The notes under the pieces were generated by a model. It saw only the letters and a program-made list of their open reading frames with translations. It had not been told where the DNA came from and did no database searches. The translations under genes were made by a program, and so were the position numbers. A stretch of 63,999 bases of DNA, counting the filler, from Octopus bimaculoides (lineage: Eukaryota), in NCBI RefSeq assembly GCF_001194135.2. It is 7 parts of 6 records of this genome, joined end to end, with 100 filler letters (N's around TTAATTAATTAA, not from the genome) between each part and the next. Parts side by side here need not be neighbours in the genome. Positions count along the whole stretch, not along the records: positions 19,194 to 39,960 come from NC_068998.1; positions 40,061 to 47,650 come from NC_068984.1; 5 more parts are not named here. One strand, 5' to 3'. Positions 26,181 to 40,230 of this stretch are shown one piece after another (positions within the stretch are counted from its first letter, which is position 1; the number at the start of each line of letters is the position of its first letter).

Positions 26181-27160
26181 TGAAACTTTTCTCGTGCAGT
26201 TTGAAATGATGTACAGGTACTTTATTTTATTGTTCTTATAACTTGAGACTTTGTAGGAGGACCAGAGTTGGAGGCGTTGTTACTGATCGTGTTGGAGGTG
26301 CATGTGACGTTTGTATTGCTGGAGGTGGTGTTGGAGACGTCCAAGCTAAGCCCATATAGGAACAGTGGAACAAAAGTTTACAATATATGGATATCCGTTC
26401 AGGGCAACCCGGGGCCAAGTAGTGTTACTGTAAAGGTATACATACATAGATATGTACAAACATACATACATAAATACATACATGCATGCATACGTACATA
26501 CATACAGACAGACAAACACACATACATACATACATACATACATACATTCATACACACTCAACAGTCTTTATAGAAATCACCTAATAAGTAATTAATTAAT
26601 ACATGAATGAGTATTAAACTGATTCTATGTAATCATTCCTTTTTAATGTGTATAATTGATATATACGCACCTCTTACCTATTTTGGTTATGATATCATTT
26701 TTGAAATTCTGAAGTTTTATCTCTTTACAACATAACAATATTGTTTATTAACAATCACCCACAGTGCCCCAAAATAAAATTTCCTCTGTATTAATATCTT
26801 AAGTTTCTTAGCGTCTTGCCCCTTTAACTGGTAAGTAACATCATGATTTAAAGCCTACTCCTACCCTGCCTCTTTTTATAGACAGTTACTTATAACCAAC
26901 TGACTACTCCATATGTCTTATTTCCTCCCCGAGGAAAAGGGATACATATGACAATATTTATGACCATACCTATCCATGAGCTGTCAACTCACTCTTGTCC
27001 TTTATTCAAAATAGACACAGTTTTCTAGTCTTAGATTTAGTAGTTGATACAGAGATGAATTAGAAATGAATTACTATCCCTTACAACGCTATGACCCCAC
27101 TTGGTTTCATGTGATTCTTGGAAATGCAGTCTCTTCTTAGCTGCAATAGCGACAACAAGA

Positions 27161-27343
27161 AAAGGCAAGGGCCGATACAGCTTGGCACCTGTGACGTCGC
27201 AACTCATTTCTACAGCTCAGTGAATTGGAGCAACGTGAAATAAAGTGTCTTGCTCTCAAGAACACAACACGCAGCCCGGTCTGGAATTCGAACTCACAAC
27301 CTCGTAAGCTCGACGTTCTAAACATTGAGCCATGCTCCTTCCC
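27161..27343 (-). mobile_element. SINE, family S3
   Basis: A/B-box head on minus strand and body shared with 5985-6196. Confidence 0.7.
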
Positions 27344-27693
27344 TATATATATNNNNNNNNNNNNNNNNNNNNNNNNNNNNNNNNNNNNNNNNNNNNNNNN
27401 NNNNNNNNNNNNNNNNNNNNNNNNNNNNNNNNNNNNNNNNNNNNNNNNNNNNNNNNNNNNNNNNNNNNNNNNNNNNNNNNNNNNNNNNNNNNNNNNNNNN
27501 NNNNNNNNNNNNNNNNNNNNNNNNNNNNNNNNNNNNNNNNNNNNNNNNNNNTATATACATGTAGTTAATATATTGTTGTGTATACTTTATATACTGTATA
27601 AATAGAGTGTATATTACATATGTATGTTTATGTATAGATTCATACATACAAGTGCATATATGTTTATATATATGTATGTGATTGCCTTCCCCC

Positions 27694-27739
<46 letters not shown>

Positions 27740-27825
27740 AGACATTATATGCACAATTTTATTGACGTCGTCTAGGCAGTGAGAGAGAGTTACATATATA
27801 TGCACACGCATATTGTAACATAATT

Positions 27826-27869
<44 letters not shown>

Positions 27870-28308
27870 ACACACATACACACACATTATATAAATGAAG
27901 ACAGAAAGAACCTACCCACGTACACAAATGTATACAAATATAATGGTGTATATGAAATATTATATACGTAATTACCATTTTTTTACTACCAATTTGTGGC
28001 CTTTTACCAACTCAAGCAAAAAAATCACTCTTTTTTTTATTACCAATTAAAATGTGATACGTTCTTTCATTTCAGTCATTTTAATTGCAGTTTCATGCTT
28101 TCGTTCTTTGAAATTAGTTAGTACTCTTAGCGATGATTGGGTGAGTATTAGTTATGGTGTTTGCTGATTGGTTGCTGCTAGTAGATTTAGGAGATGTTAG
28201 TTATTACATTAGTCGATTCGTCGACAGAGTTACTATAACAAAATTCTGTTCGTCACAATTGTGTGTGGGTGCATGTGTACGTATAGATATAAATATATAT
28301 ATATATGC

Positions 28309-28352
<44 letters not shown>

Positions 28353-28759
28353 NNNNNNNNNNNNNNNNNNNNNNNNNNNNNNNNNNNNNNNNNNNNNNNN
28401 NNNNNNNNNNNNNNNNNNNNNNNNNNNNNNNNNNNNNNNNNNNNNNNNNNNNNNNNNNNNNNNNNNNNNNNNNNNNNNNTATATATATGTATATATTTAT
28501 ATATATATATGTATATATATATGTGTGTGTATAGACATGTACATTTATGTATGGTGTATATATGTAAGCCACAAATATTCACGCACAGGCACCCGCGTGA
28601 CCACACCTATACATTTATTATTTTATTCTATAAAATATAAATATTGTTCTCTCATGTGCTGCTAAATGGGTCTCGATCTTATTAACTATATATTCTAAAC
28701 AGAATCAAAATAGATTCCTTTATATCTGGAATTAAGTTATATGACATAATATCCTGTAA

Positions 28760-29488
28760 ATTCTAGACAGGCCATTTCAAAGTGAGGAATTGTTCTTTGA
28801 CGTTAGGAGGGAGCCATTAAATAAATGTGAATTAAATTTCCCCCACTCAGTACTTCTCTACTATAATTTTACTGGTTTCTCCTTATTGATTTTTCAGCCA
28901 TGCTGGAGCAAAACCTTCGTTGTATTTAGTATCTTCCTGTCCATCTCCTTTAGCTCCTCCTCTATATACTTCAAGGCCCCATCGACATACCGAACTACTG
29001 AGACTGCGCGCGAGTTTATTGCTTAAATTATGTTTCTGGCATTCATCTTTGAAGCCAATATTTTCTCACTCACTCCATGTATTTGTCTTTTCCTTCATTT
29101 CGTAATGTTTGATTCCATCTTCCTAAAGTATTCCCTGGTATTTATAGCTGGATTGAGGTTCAATTTCCTTCACCATTTCACCAGTTTGCAAACATGTGCC
29201 TTCTGTCCTGACAAACTTCCCTCGTTTTATCACCATCGTAGCACATTTTGAGAGCCCAGACTCCATCCTAATACCATTTGAGAAAATCCGCACAGACTGG
29301 ACTAGGCTATTCAGTTCTGCTTCACTTTATGTGAATAATTTCAGGTCGTCCATGAATAGCAAGTGGTTCAGTTTTCCCCGACCTCTTCCCACATCGTACT
29401 CCATCCTTGTTTTCTGTAATATTTGACTCAAGGACTCATTCCTAGCACAAATATCAGTTGGGAGACATAGTCCCCCTGGAAGATTCCT
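28760..29488 (-). mobile_element. R4/Dong-clade LINE reverse transcriptase pseudogene fragment
   Basis: KGIFQGDYVSQLIFVLGM ... NHLLFMDDLKLF ... VRIFSNGIRMESGLSKCA; stops and frameshifts present. Confidence 0.85.
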
Positions 29489-29501
29489 TTATTATTATTA
29501 C

Positions 29502-29622
29502 TGAGTGAGAGAGCAGCGCATGCCATCAAAGTTACACTGGGGTACAAATATACGAAGCCGAAAATATCCTTCTTGACATACTCGTCTGATATGTGTACAC
29601 CAGGCACATGCATCACAGCCAG
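29502..29622 (-). mobile_element. (TAA)n-tailed non-coding repeat, 3' fragment
   Basis: Matches 11799-11920. Confidence 0.8.
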
Positions 29623-31138
29623 GTACTTTCTTCTTTTATCGGTCCTGGAGAACAACGCCAAAATTAAAGTGTATTAGACTTATGTACAAAACAAAGGGAT
29701 GAATCTTTATAACGAAAGTTAAACAGATTTTCGATTGTACATTCCTTGTTACACACATACACACAGACACACAGATACATATGCACGCACACAGACACAT
29801 AGGATGAACACATTTTAATGAAAGGAACATAAGCAAAACGTTTCATCAAGCAACATCTACAGAAGATTTTCCACTCAATTCAAAGCTCTGGCAGCACAAG
29901 ATACCGGGCAATGTAAACGAACGAAACACTTCGCGATTTCCGAATGAACGTAGACATCGTCTTCAAAATATACTATAAGAGGCATCAATTCTTTATTTCA
30001 AACATTGCATTAACTCCGTTTTTATATTGATAACATAAACAAGAGGGACTAACGTCTAGGAAGTAGTATCCTACCCTTTACATTTGTATTATTTAGTAGG
30101 AGTTAAAACTCTTCATGTAATATTTCCATATATGACAATCAACGCCGTAGCTGCAGATAATTTATATCTTGTACGGAAATTTCTTGAGCACCAAGACGAA
30201 AGGTAAAGGAAACTTGAGTTTTCATAAGTAATATATGCTTCCATATAAACATAAATACACAAATACGTGTGCGTATATATATATACGAACAACTCATATA
30301 CACATGCAAAATACACATATTTACACATATATATATATGCTTCATATATACATATATGTGTAGATGTATATAATATATATTGTATATGTACATATACACA
30401 TACACATATACATATATACGCACACATATATATATATAGATATAAATGTTTATCTATACATAGATATGTAGACATACTTATACATGTATACATATGTGTG
30501 TATAAATACTATGTTATATTATATGTATACATATCTATGTATACATGTGTGTGTATGTGTGTATGGCTGTATGTATGTGTGTGAATATATATGTGCGTGT
30601 GCGCGTGAATGTGCGCGTATGTGTGTGCGCGCGCGCGCGTATGAATGCCTGCGTATGCACTGACGAAATGGTTAGAATACAAATGAAAGGAATCGTGCAA
30701 GAATGGAACAAATAGGACGCAGGGGTTTGTAATAAAAAAATACCACAGTCCCGCGCGACTGCCTTTGTTGAAATTCCTAAACATATGCTCATCACAATGA
30801 ATTGATATCTATGTGTATTTAAGTGAATTATATATGATTTATTTTAATAATATGCACTAGCAATGTTCAACACTCACAGAAACGCTTACACATACAATGA
30901 CCACATACGCGCTCGCACGCATACATATACGTACGCATTCCCAGATAATTCAACATGTACTTCTCCATGCTTCTTTGTCAATGACAGTCTAATCCGCAGA
31001 AGTAATATATATATATATATATATATATAGATAGATAGATAGATGCATATACATATACAAATGTATATAAATACGTATATACATATATGAGTATATATAT
31101 AAAATATGTGCGTGAGCTTAAATGTAAATATACGGATG

Positions 31139-31174
<36 letters not shown>

Positions 31175-31856
31175 CGTCAATATATATGTATACACATATG
31201 TATGCACATATATATTATACATATATGCACACAAATATGTGGGTATATAAATATGTGTGTATGTGTGTATGTGCGTGTGGCTTAGTTAAGAAAAGACGTA
31301 GAGTAGAAAGATATACACAATGGATGTAGATTTGAAGCACATACTTAAGTCAATTGCAAATCTCGATTTCCCGTTCGTTGCACGTTTCTGACGAACAACG
31401 AATGGCAAAGTCGCGTTTCTAACGGGCATTTCATTTTTAGTACGATTGTTTGCCACAGAGGGAAGCTTTATCCTGAATTTTGTGTATGTCGATTCTTTTC
31501 CATATGTGCGTCCGTGTAGCTTGGTTTTTTGCGGGGTGTATGTATAACCATATGTAAGTATATATGAATAGTTACATATACATACATACATACATACATA
31601 CATAGATACACACACATATGCACACACACATATTAGAAATATTGCATTTCTAAATCTCTCAGAGAGACATATACAGAAGCAACACGATAAAGTGATGGTT
31701 TGTTGCCAAGTTAATGTCACAGTCCCAGGAAAGGGAAGAATCCTACTGCTGTTTAGCCCAGGAAGCATCGTTTCCTGTTGTCTATGTGATACAACGCTCT
31801 GTGTCCTTAAGTTTTCAAACAGGGGAGATAAGTACCTCTACCCAGCAAAGCCAGCA

Positions 31857-31899
31857 TCCAGAGACTAGTTTCAGAGCTATTGCCCTTCATCAATCTGGA
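31857..31899 (-). ncRNA. Minimal type I hammerhead ribozyme motif (U3 variant)
   Basis: TCCAGA-TTGATGA-AGGGC aata GCTCT-GAAA-CTAGT-C-TCTGGA: 6-bp stem I, 5-bp stem II, palindromic ACTAGT helix III, GUC cleavage triplet. Confidence 0.72.
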
Positions 31900-32769
31900 G
31901 TAGCTTGGCTTGCTAACTGTCGATGCTTATCCACNNNNNNNNNNNNNNNNNNNNNNNNNNNNNNNNNNNNNNNNNNNNNNNNNNNNNNNNNNNNNNNNNN
32001 NNNNNNNNNNNNNNNNNNNNNNNNNNNNNNNNNNNNNNNNNNNNNNNNNNNNNNNNNNNNNNNNNNNNNNNNNNNNNNNNNNNNNNNNNNNNNNNNNNNN
32101 NNNNNNNNNNNNNNNNNNNNNNNNNNNNNNNNNNNNNNNNNNNNNNNNNNNNNNNNNNNNNNNNNNNNNNNNNNNNNNNNNNNNNNNNNNNNNNNNNNNN
32201 NNNNNNNNNNNNNNNNNNNNNNNNNNNNNNNNNNNNNNNNNNNNNNNNNNNNNNNNNNNNNNNNNNNNNNNNNNNNNNNNNNNNNNNNNNNNNNNNNNNN
32301 NNNNNNNNNNNNNNNNNNNNNNNNNNNNNNNNNNNNNNNNNNNNNNNNNNNNNNNNNNNNNNNNNNNNNNNNNNNNNNNNNNNNNNNNNNNNNNNNNNNN
32401 NNNNNNNNNNNNNNNNNNNNNNNNNNNNNNNNNNNNNNNNNNNNNNNNNNNNNNNNNNNNNNNNNNNNNNNNNNNNNNNNNNNNNNNNNNNNNNNNNNNN
32501 NNNNNNNNNNNNNNNNNNNNNNNNNNNNNNNNNNNNNNNNNNNNNNNNNNNNNNNNNNNNNNNNNNNNNNNNNNNNNNNNNNNNNNNNNNNNNNNNNNNN
32601 NNNNNNNNNNNNNNNNNNNNNNNNNNNNNNNNNNNNNNNNNNNNNNNNNNNNNNGTGTATTCCTATATTTTAAAATATATTTTAAATTCTCATTCCCATT
32701 TATTCCGTGAGCATTTCCAATTTGATTTCTTATTTTCCTGAAAGCTTATGTGTGTATGTATGTATGTTT

Positions 32770-32817
<48 letters not shown>

Positions 32818-32822
32818 GTATA

Positions 32823-32870
<48 letters not shown>

Positions 32871-33459
32871 TCACACACATATGCACATGTATCTACGCCG
32901 ACGCATATGGCCCTACAGCCACGTTAATCGGGTGGATACTTTCCTAATCTTATGCTAAAGATTGTAAAGACGTGCTACTTAAATGGAACTAGATTATGGC
33001 TTTACTTTGTTATTAAGATACGAGATTTGTAAGAAATTTAGTCGGTTTCAGTAATTGTTCGTTTCTTCAGTTACGTATAAGCAAGGAACTACTTGCAGGC
33101 GAATTTCTAAAACCCCATATATATGTATATACATACATACACGCACCNNNNNNNNNNNNNNNNNNNNNNNNNNNNNNNNNNNNNNNNNNNNNNNNNNNNN
33201 NNNNNNNNNNNNNNNNNNTTTCAATGTGTAAAATAACAAGGAAAAATAAACAGTTACCAGGTTAGCAAAAATTCACATAAAGAGTAAGGATATTACAGCC
33301 TACTTATACAGGTAGAAATTCCTGGGTAAAATGAAATTGTTTTGTATAACATGGTTAAATTAAGAAATGGTTAATGGCTTATTGATGTGTTTTGTTCTTT
33401 CTTTTTCCGTAACGAGATGTCTGCATTGTTTTACGTCATTTTATTCCCTCCGAAATAAA

Positions 33460-33502
<43 letters not shown>

Positions 33503-33510
33503 TATATATA

Positions 33511-33680
33511 GACGCAGGAGTGGCTGTGTGGTAAGTAGCTTGCCTACCAAACACATGGTTCCCGGTTCAGTCCCACTGCTTGGCACCTTGGGCAAGTGTC
33601 TTCTACTATAGACTCGGACCGACCAAACCCTTGTAAGTAGATTTGGTAGACGGAGCCTGAAAGAGGCCCGTCGTACATAT
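33511..33680 (+). mobile_element. SINE, family S2, 5' half
   Basis: gcaggagtggctgtgtggtaag...ggttcagtcccact...ggtagacggagcctgaaag. Confidence 0.8.
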
Positions 33681-34063
33681 GTATATATATATATATATAT
33701 ATGCGTATGCATGCATGAATATGGACACAGTTACAGCTGAGTGGTTAAGAAATTCTCTTCGGAAATGTGAAGCACCGGGTTGAAGTCTTAGGACATCATA
33801 GGAAACTACATTTCACCGTACACTTAGCTCACATGTCAGTCAAGTGACTTCTCATTCAAGGGACAAACTTCATCACACTGAAAATAATTTAGAGGTGTAT
33901 TGTCTGAGGGACACTTAATCACTTTACTCGTTCATTTAAAGAGCAGGCTGTCCAAATGTTCAATCTATGTGCGAATCCATCGTATGTATATATTTATGAA
34001 TGCAAACTCGGTTTCCTCACACAAGCCCACAATCTATCTCTCACGCGCACACCAGCACACATA

Positions 34064-35006
34064 TACTAGGTGCTATCAAAATATTCCCGGACTAGTTCAG
34101 TAGGGTGCCAACAGATAGCAGCACATGGTTACGTCCGCAGTGAGAACAAACGGTGATCTTCATGTTTCAGTGTGCCGTGTGACATTACCGTTTTTATTTC
34201 GCAAGTTGTGAAATTTATGGTTTTAGTGATCACCTGTAAGCTGTAGTTTGCGATTTTGTCATTGACAGGAAGCTAGAACATAGAGCCAATGTGAAACTTT
34301 GCGTTAAAACTCTGGAAGTCTGCTACAGACATTGAGCATGCTTCGGCAAGCTTACGATGACGAGGCAATGGGTTGTACGCAATTCTTCGAGTGGTACGGG
34401 TGCTTCAAAAGCAAAAACGGAAGAAAGTCCCCAGAAGACGATGAATGATCTGAAAGATCTGCCACGAGCGTCAACCCCGGAAATGTGGTACTGTGCATCG
34501 GGTATTGGCCCCTCTGGGTCTGGCTCAGAACATCAACCGAGAGTTCTACTGCAAGATTTTGAAGCGCTTGAGGCCGGACATTCGGTGAAAGCGACCGGAT
34601 ATGTGGAGCACGAAGAATTGGATTCTTCACGACGGCAACGCACCCTGTTGAAGAGCTCTCCTCACTCGTTAGTTCCTCGCCAAAGTGAACACGATATTGC
34701 TTGCGCATCCGCTCTATTTTCCAGGTTTAGCATCTGCGGACTTCCATCTCTTCCCCAAGATGAAAAGGCATCGAAAAGAACACCGTTTTAGCACCGTTGT
34801 CGAGATCCAGAGCGAATCGCAGAAGGTCCTCAACTCATTTACGGAAAACGTCTTCCAAGCTGGATTCCAAATTTGATAGGGTCACAGGGGCCGGTCTAAT
34901 GCTGTGCAAGGTGACCAGTTCGAAAGAAATGATGTTAAAACTTAGGTAAATAAATTATTTTCTATTAAATATAACTAGTCCTAGAGGCTTTTGATAACAC
35001 CTCGTA
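34064..35006 (+). mobile_element. Internally deleted mariner (about 940 bp)
   Basis: 34-bp TIRs (TACTAGGTGCTATCAAAATATTCCCGGACTAGTT and its imperfect inverse), TA flanks, decayed HTH and catalytic C-terminal half (WILHDGNAP; ADFHLFPKMK). Confidence 0.88.
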
Positions 35007-35961
35007 TAATGTGTATAGCTGCACATGCACAGACATATAACTATATACATATAAAGATAGAAACTCTGGCATACGTACACACACGAGGTAGATAAACTGA
35101 TATATCAGCATACAAAAAATACCCATAGACATACCAGCATGCAAGTGCAACAACTGTATCCTCCATAGACATTTATACTACCGCTGATAAAGAAACACAG
35201 ACGTAAATAAATGCATCATACACAAAGACATGCACACACATGCACACACATGCACATATATTTATACATACAAAATATTATGTATACACACGCACAAACA
35301 CAGAATGGAAACGGCTTCTGATAAAGACTGCTCTCAGGGGAGCATTGTTAGATGCCTTCAATGCAGCGCTCTGAATAGATGATTGTAAGTTCAGAGTCTG
35401 CAATGTTCGTAGAAACGACATTTGTAATAGTGTATATACAGAAATAGGACTTGGTGCGATAAATGCCAAACACAGAACACTGGTTTTCTTGTCTATGACT
35501 TTAGCGATTGCTCTTCTGTTTCCGGAGCTGAAATGCGTTTGAATTAACGATATCTTAACTATCTTTGCAGAAGATTCAATATAGTATAAGCGATAGATAA
35601 TGGAGTTTGGTATATCTGAATGCCGTATTGCTTCGGTTGCGGCTGGGCAGTACACCTGATAAAAGGTTCGTTACAGAGGATAGCAACTTACTCTTCATAA
35701 CTCTGAATATTCTAGCTTCCGAAGTTACTTTGTTACATGTATGATGTATGGTTTACACTAGAAGAAATTTGATGTGGCTGGTTTGGAGGAGCAGCGGCCT
35801 TTGAATGAACAAGTGTACCAAAGTGGTTTGTTCTGATTCTACCTCATTGAATTGAGATCAATATCATAGAATTCAGGCATGTTAGACTTTGATACACAGT
35901 ACGAAGAAAGTAGAGGGCAAAAGCATTCCCTGGAGTATACGAATGTTGAAAGACTAATATC

Positions 35962-36416
35962 CTTTATGTTTTACTTGTTTCAGTCATCGGACAACGGCCA
36001 TGCTGGGACATTGCCCTTTAAATTTTCAATCGAAGAAATCGATCCAAATACTAATTATTTTGTTAAGCGTTGCACTTTTTCTAACGGTCCCATCTGCCGA
36101 ACCGTTAATTTAAAGGGACATCAACAAACCAACACTATTTGTCAAACGGTGGAATGAGACAAACACAAGCACAAACACAGAGATGCATACACAGACGCAC
36201 ACAGAAACACACACATATACGCATACACAAACACACGCACACATATGTAAATAGAGTGAGGGTTTCTTTCAGTTTCTGTCAACTAAGTACACTTATAAGG
36301 CTTTCTTCGGACTGAGGCTAAAGCAGAAAACACTTCCCGAATTGCTACGCATTGAGATTGAACCGGAAACCATCTGGTTTGGAAGCAACCTTGATGCCAC
36401 ACAACCGCACCTGCGC
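35962..36416 (-). mobile_element. SINE, family S2, full length and diverged
   Basis: Head at 36416, internal CA repeat, tail ttacttgtttcagtcat. Confidence 0.7.
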
Positions 36417-36539
36417 ATAGAACACAATCTTGATCCTATGTACTCATGTCCGCTCTTGTATTTGAAGATTTCTGTTTGTAATTGTACATTGTTGATAATT
36501 GAATGTTTGTGTACCAATGGGATGTGATTGCAATGAGAG

Positions 36540-36686
<147 letters not shown>

Positions 36687-36905
36687 TTGAGTGCAAGGAG
36701 ATAGGCCAAACAACGGAATATTAATTGATTTTTAGTCTGGTAATATCATAAGACAAATGGTTGACTAAAATAGCCAGTATAAATACATGGTATCATAGGA
36801 TATGTAAAAGGGTGTTTGTACACATGTCCACGCCGTATGATCCGAACAGACACAGACACACAAATAAAAGTACAAATTTTGCTGTATATATACATGCGTC
36901 ATGTA

Positions 36906-36952
<47 letters not shown>

Positions 36953-38516
36953 TCNNNNNNNNNNNNNNNNNNNNNNNNNNNNNNNNNNNNNNNNNNNNNN
37001 NNNNNNNNNNNNNNNNNNNNNNNNNNNNNNNNNNNNNNNNNNNNNNNNNNNNNNNNNNNNNNNNNNNNNNNNNNNNNNNNNNNNNNNNNNNNNNNNNNNN
37101 NNNNNNNNNNNNNNNNNNNNNNNNNNNNNNNNNNNNNNNNNNNNNNNNNNNNNNNNNNNNNNNNNNNNNNNNNNNNNNNNNNNNNNNNNNNNNNNNNNNN
37201 NNNNNNNNNNNNNNNNNNNNNNNNNNNNNNNNNNNNNNNNNNNNNNNNNNNNNNNNNNNNNNNNNNNNNNNNNNNNNNNNNNNNNNNNNNNNNNNNNNNN
37301 NNNNNNNNNNNNNNNNNNNNNNNNNNNNNNNNNNNNNNNNNNNNNNNNNNNNNNNNNNNNNNNNNNNNNNNNNNNNNNNNNNNNNNNNNNNNNNNNNNNN
37401 NNNNNNNNNNNNNNNNNNNNNNNNNNNNNNNNNNNNNNNNNNNNNNNNNNNNNNNNNNNNNNNNNNNNNNNNNNNNNNNNNNNNNNNNNNNNNNNNNNNN
37501 NNNNNNNNNNNNNNNNNNNNNNNNNNNNNNNNNNNNNNNNNNNNNNNNNNNNNNNNNNNNNNNNNNNNNNNNNNNNNNNNNNNNNNNNNNNNNNNNNNNN
37601 NNNNNNNNNNNNNNNNNNNNNNNNNNNNNNNNNNNNNNNNNNNNNNNNNNNNNNNNNNNNNNNNNNNNNNNNNNNNNNNNNNNNNNNNNNNNNNNNNNNN
37701 NNNNNNNNNNNNNNNNNNNNNNNNNNNNNNNNNNNNNNNNNNNNNNNNNNNNNNNNNNNNNNNNNNNNNNNNNNNNNNNNNNTCTGTTAATATTTTATAG
37801 GAAGCTATTGTAATATTTTATATTTTCGGATTCATTTCATCTCATATTTCACCAGTTTATCGCCTTTCATTTAAAAATTTCATAGCATTTAAAACGTATT
37901 CTGTACACGCGTATACACACACAAATATACACACACATACGCACGCACGCACACACACTCACACACACACACACACACGCACGCACACACACACACACAC
38001 ACGCACACACAAATGTATATATATGTATATATTATTAAAGGCACTGGATATTATACACCTCTCATAAATGCTAAAAGATATAAAAGTCATACAATGCGAG
38101 GTATTCTCGTGTTTTGAACACATACACAGTTGTAAAATACATGTGCGATGCTTCGTCCGCGGTCAGTAAAGAAGACCATGAATTTATGTGCATTATTACA
38201 TTAGTGCAAATTCCTCTTATGCTGATTTTGAGTACCTCTTAATGTTAGGTTTCGACTATAGAGCAAGATATAAGCCAGAAAAGCAGCAGACGTTGTCATA
38301 GTTTTCTGTACATTTCATGACTTCTAGCTCTTGAGATCTCCATTTCCTAGGCTGTGTATCTATACTATAAAGTTTTAGTTAGGATTTCCTGTTTTTGCTG
38401 AACTCGTATCCGGCGCAGGACATATGCCATACATTTGCTGGCATATGCTTCTGTATGTATGTATGAATGTATCCATGTATGTATGTATGTATGTATGGAT
38501 GGATGGATGTTTGTGT

Positions 38517-38884
38517 GGAGGCGCAATGGCTCAGTGGTTCGGGCAGCGGACTCGTGGTCATAGGATCGCGGTTTCGATTCACAGACCGGGCGTTGTGAGT
38601 GTTTATTGAGCGAAAACACCTAAAGCTCCACGAGGCTCCGGCAGGGGATGGTAGCGAACCCTGCTGTACTCTTTCACCACAACTTTCTCTCACTCTTACT
38701 TCCTGTACCTGTAATTGAAAGGGTCAGCCTTGTCACACTGTGTCACGCTGAATATCCCCGTGAACTACGTTAAAGGTACACATGTCTGTGGAGTGCTCAG
38801 CTACTTGCACGTTAATTTCACGAGCAGGCTGTTCCGTTGATCGGATCAACTGGAACCCTGGACGTCGTAAGCGACGGAGTGCCA
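38517..38884 (+). mobile_element. tRNA-derived SINE, family S4 (well preserved)
   Basis: A box TGGCTCAGTGG, B box GGTTTCGATTC, CpG-rich 3' body ending GACGTCGTAAGCGACGGAGTGCCA. Confidence 0.75.
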
Positions 38885-39610
38885 TTAAATCTATGCTTGT
38901 ACGTATGTAACTATGTATGTTATGCTTTGTTTTTCCTTACTTGAATTTTGCTTTAAGGAAAGAGATGCTTTCTAACAAAGAACAGAGCTTCAACTTTGGA
39001 ACCAAAAGAAATTTACGCACGCATTAAACTTAATAAATGTCCTCCATATATTTACTTATCCGCTGATATGTTGTATTTCTAATCTCCGAATTAGCCGGTT
39101 GGTTTCGTTGTCTGAAAACACTAGCTTAACCAGATTGCCACTTAATCATTGTCTAACGAAACCAAGTGCACCAATTATTATTGGTATAAAAGTAAATTAA
39201 AAGATATGGAATTATGTATGTATGCATGATTTGTAGAGAGATGAAACTGTATTACTGCTCTGAGTTTCGCAAATATCGCTGTTCATATAAATGTATCCTA
39301 AATTGGAAGACATAATATCGAAAACAAAGTGAATATGATGTAGCGTACTATCTATTGGTTAAATGAAAATGTATGCTCTTCCTACTATCATCTCCATTTT
39401 GCGGTCGTTTTGCTTTCCTGCTTGTATAAGTGTTTGACGAACTACTAAAGTAAATATATTTAATGAGAACGTCCTAACGTTGTTAAGTGGAAATGTAGTG
39501 ATGAGATTAGGCGAACGGCAAGTGCACCGGTTTAATAGGCAAACCAATAACAGATCGCATTTTATTAATTCCAAAGTGGTCAAGAAATATAGCATTTCCA
39601 TAGTGTTGCT

Positions 39611-39649
39611 GTGGATTTGGTAGACGGGAACTGAAAGAAGTCTTTCGTA

Positions 39650-39700
<51 letters not shown>

Positions 39701-39919
39701 ATATGTTTGCGTGTCTGTGTTTGTCCCTCCAACGTCGCTCGACAATCGATGGTGTGTTTACGTCCCCGTAACTTAGCGGTTCAGCAAGAGAGACAGATAG
39801 AATAAGTACAAGGCTCACAAAGAATAAGTCTTGAGCTCGATTTGGTCGACTAAAGGCGGTGCTCCAGCATGGCCGCAGTCAAATGACTGAAACAAGTAAA
39901 AGAGTAAAAGAGTAAAAGA

Positions 39920-39920
<1 letters not shown>
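39611..39920 (+). mobile_element. SINE, family S2, 5'-truncated
   Basis: Body, internal (TA)n and (AGTAAA)n tail. Confidence 0.8.
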
Positions 39921-39955
<35 letters not shown>

Positions 39956-39960
39956 GTCCG

Positions 39961-40060
39961 NNNNNNNNNNNNNNNNNNNNNNNNNNNNNNNNNNNNNNNN
40001 NNNNTTAATTAATTAANNNNNNNNNNNNNNNNNNNNNNNNNNNNNNNNNNNNNNNNNNNN
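39961..40060. other. Artificial 100-bp assembly linker
   Basis: N44-TTAATTAATTAA-N44. Confidence 0.95.
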
Positions 40061-40153
<93 letters not shown>

Positions 40154-40230
40154 TTACGGAGATGTACTTGCATAGCAAGTGACTTGATCTGAGACCGTGT
40201 GCTGAAACAAAAACAATTGCTGCGTGGAAC

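Noticed and set aside
38517-38590. tRNA gene (also other A/B-box heads)
   Set aside because: No complete cloverleaf is evident, and each head continues into a SINE body.
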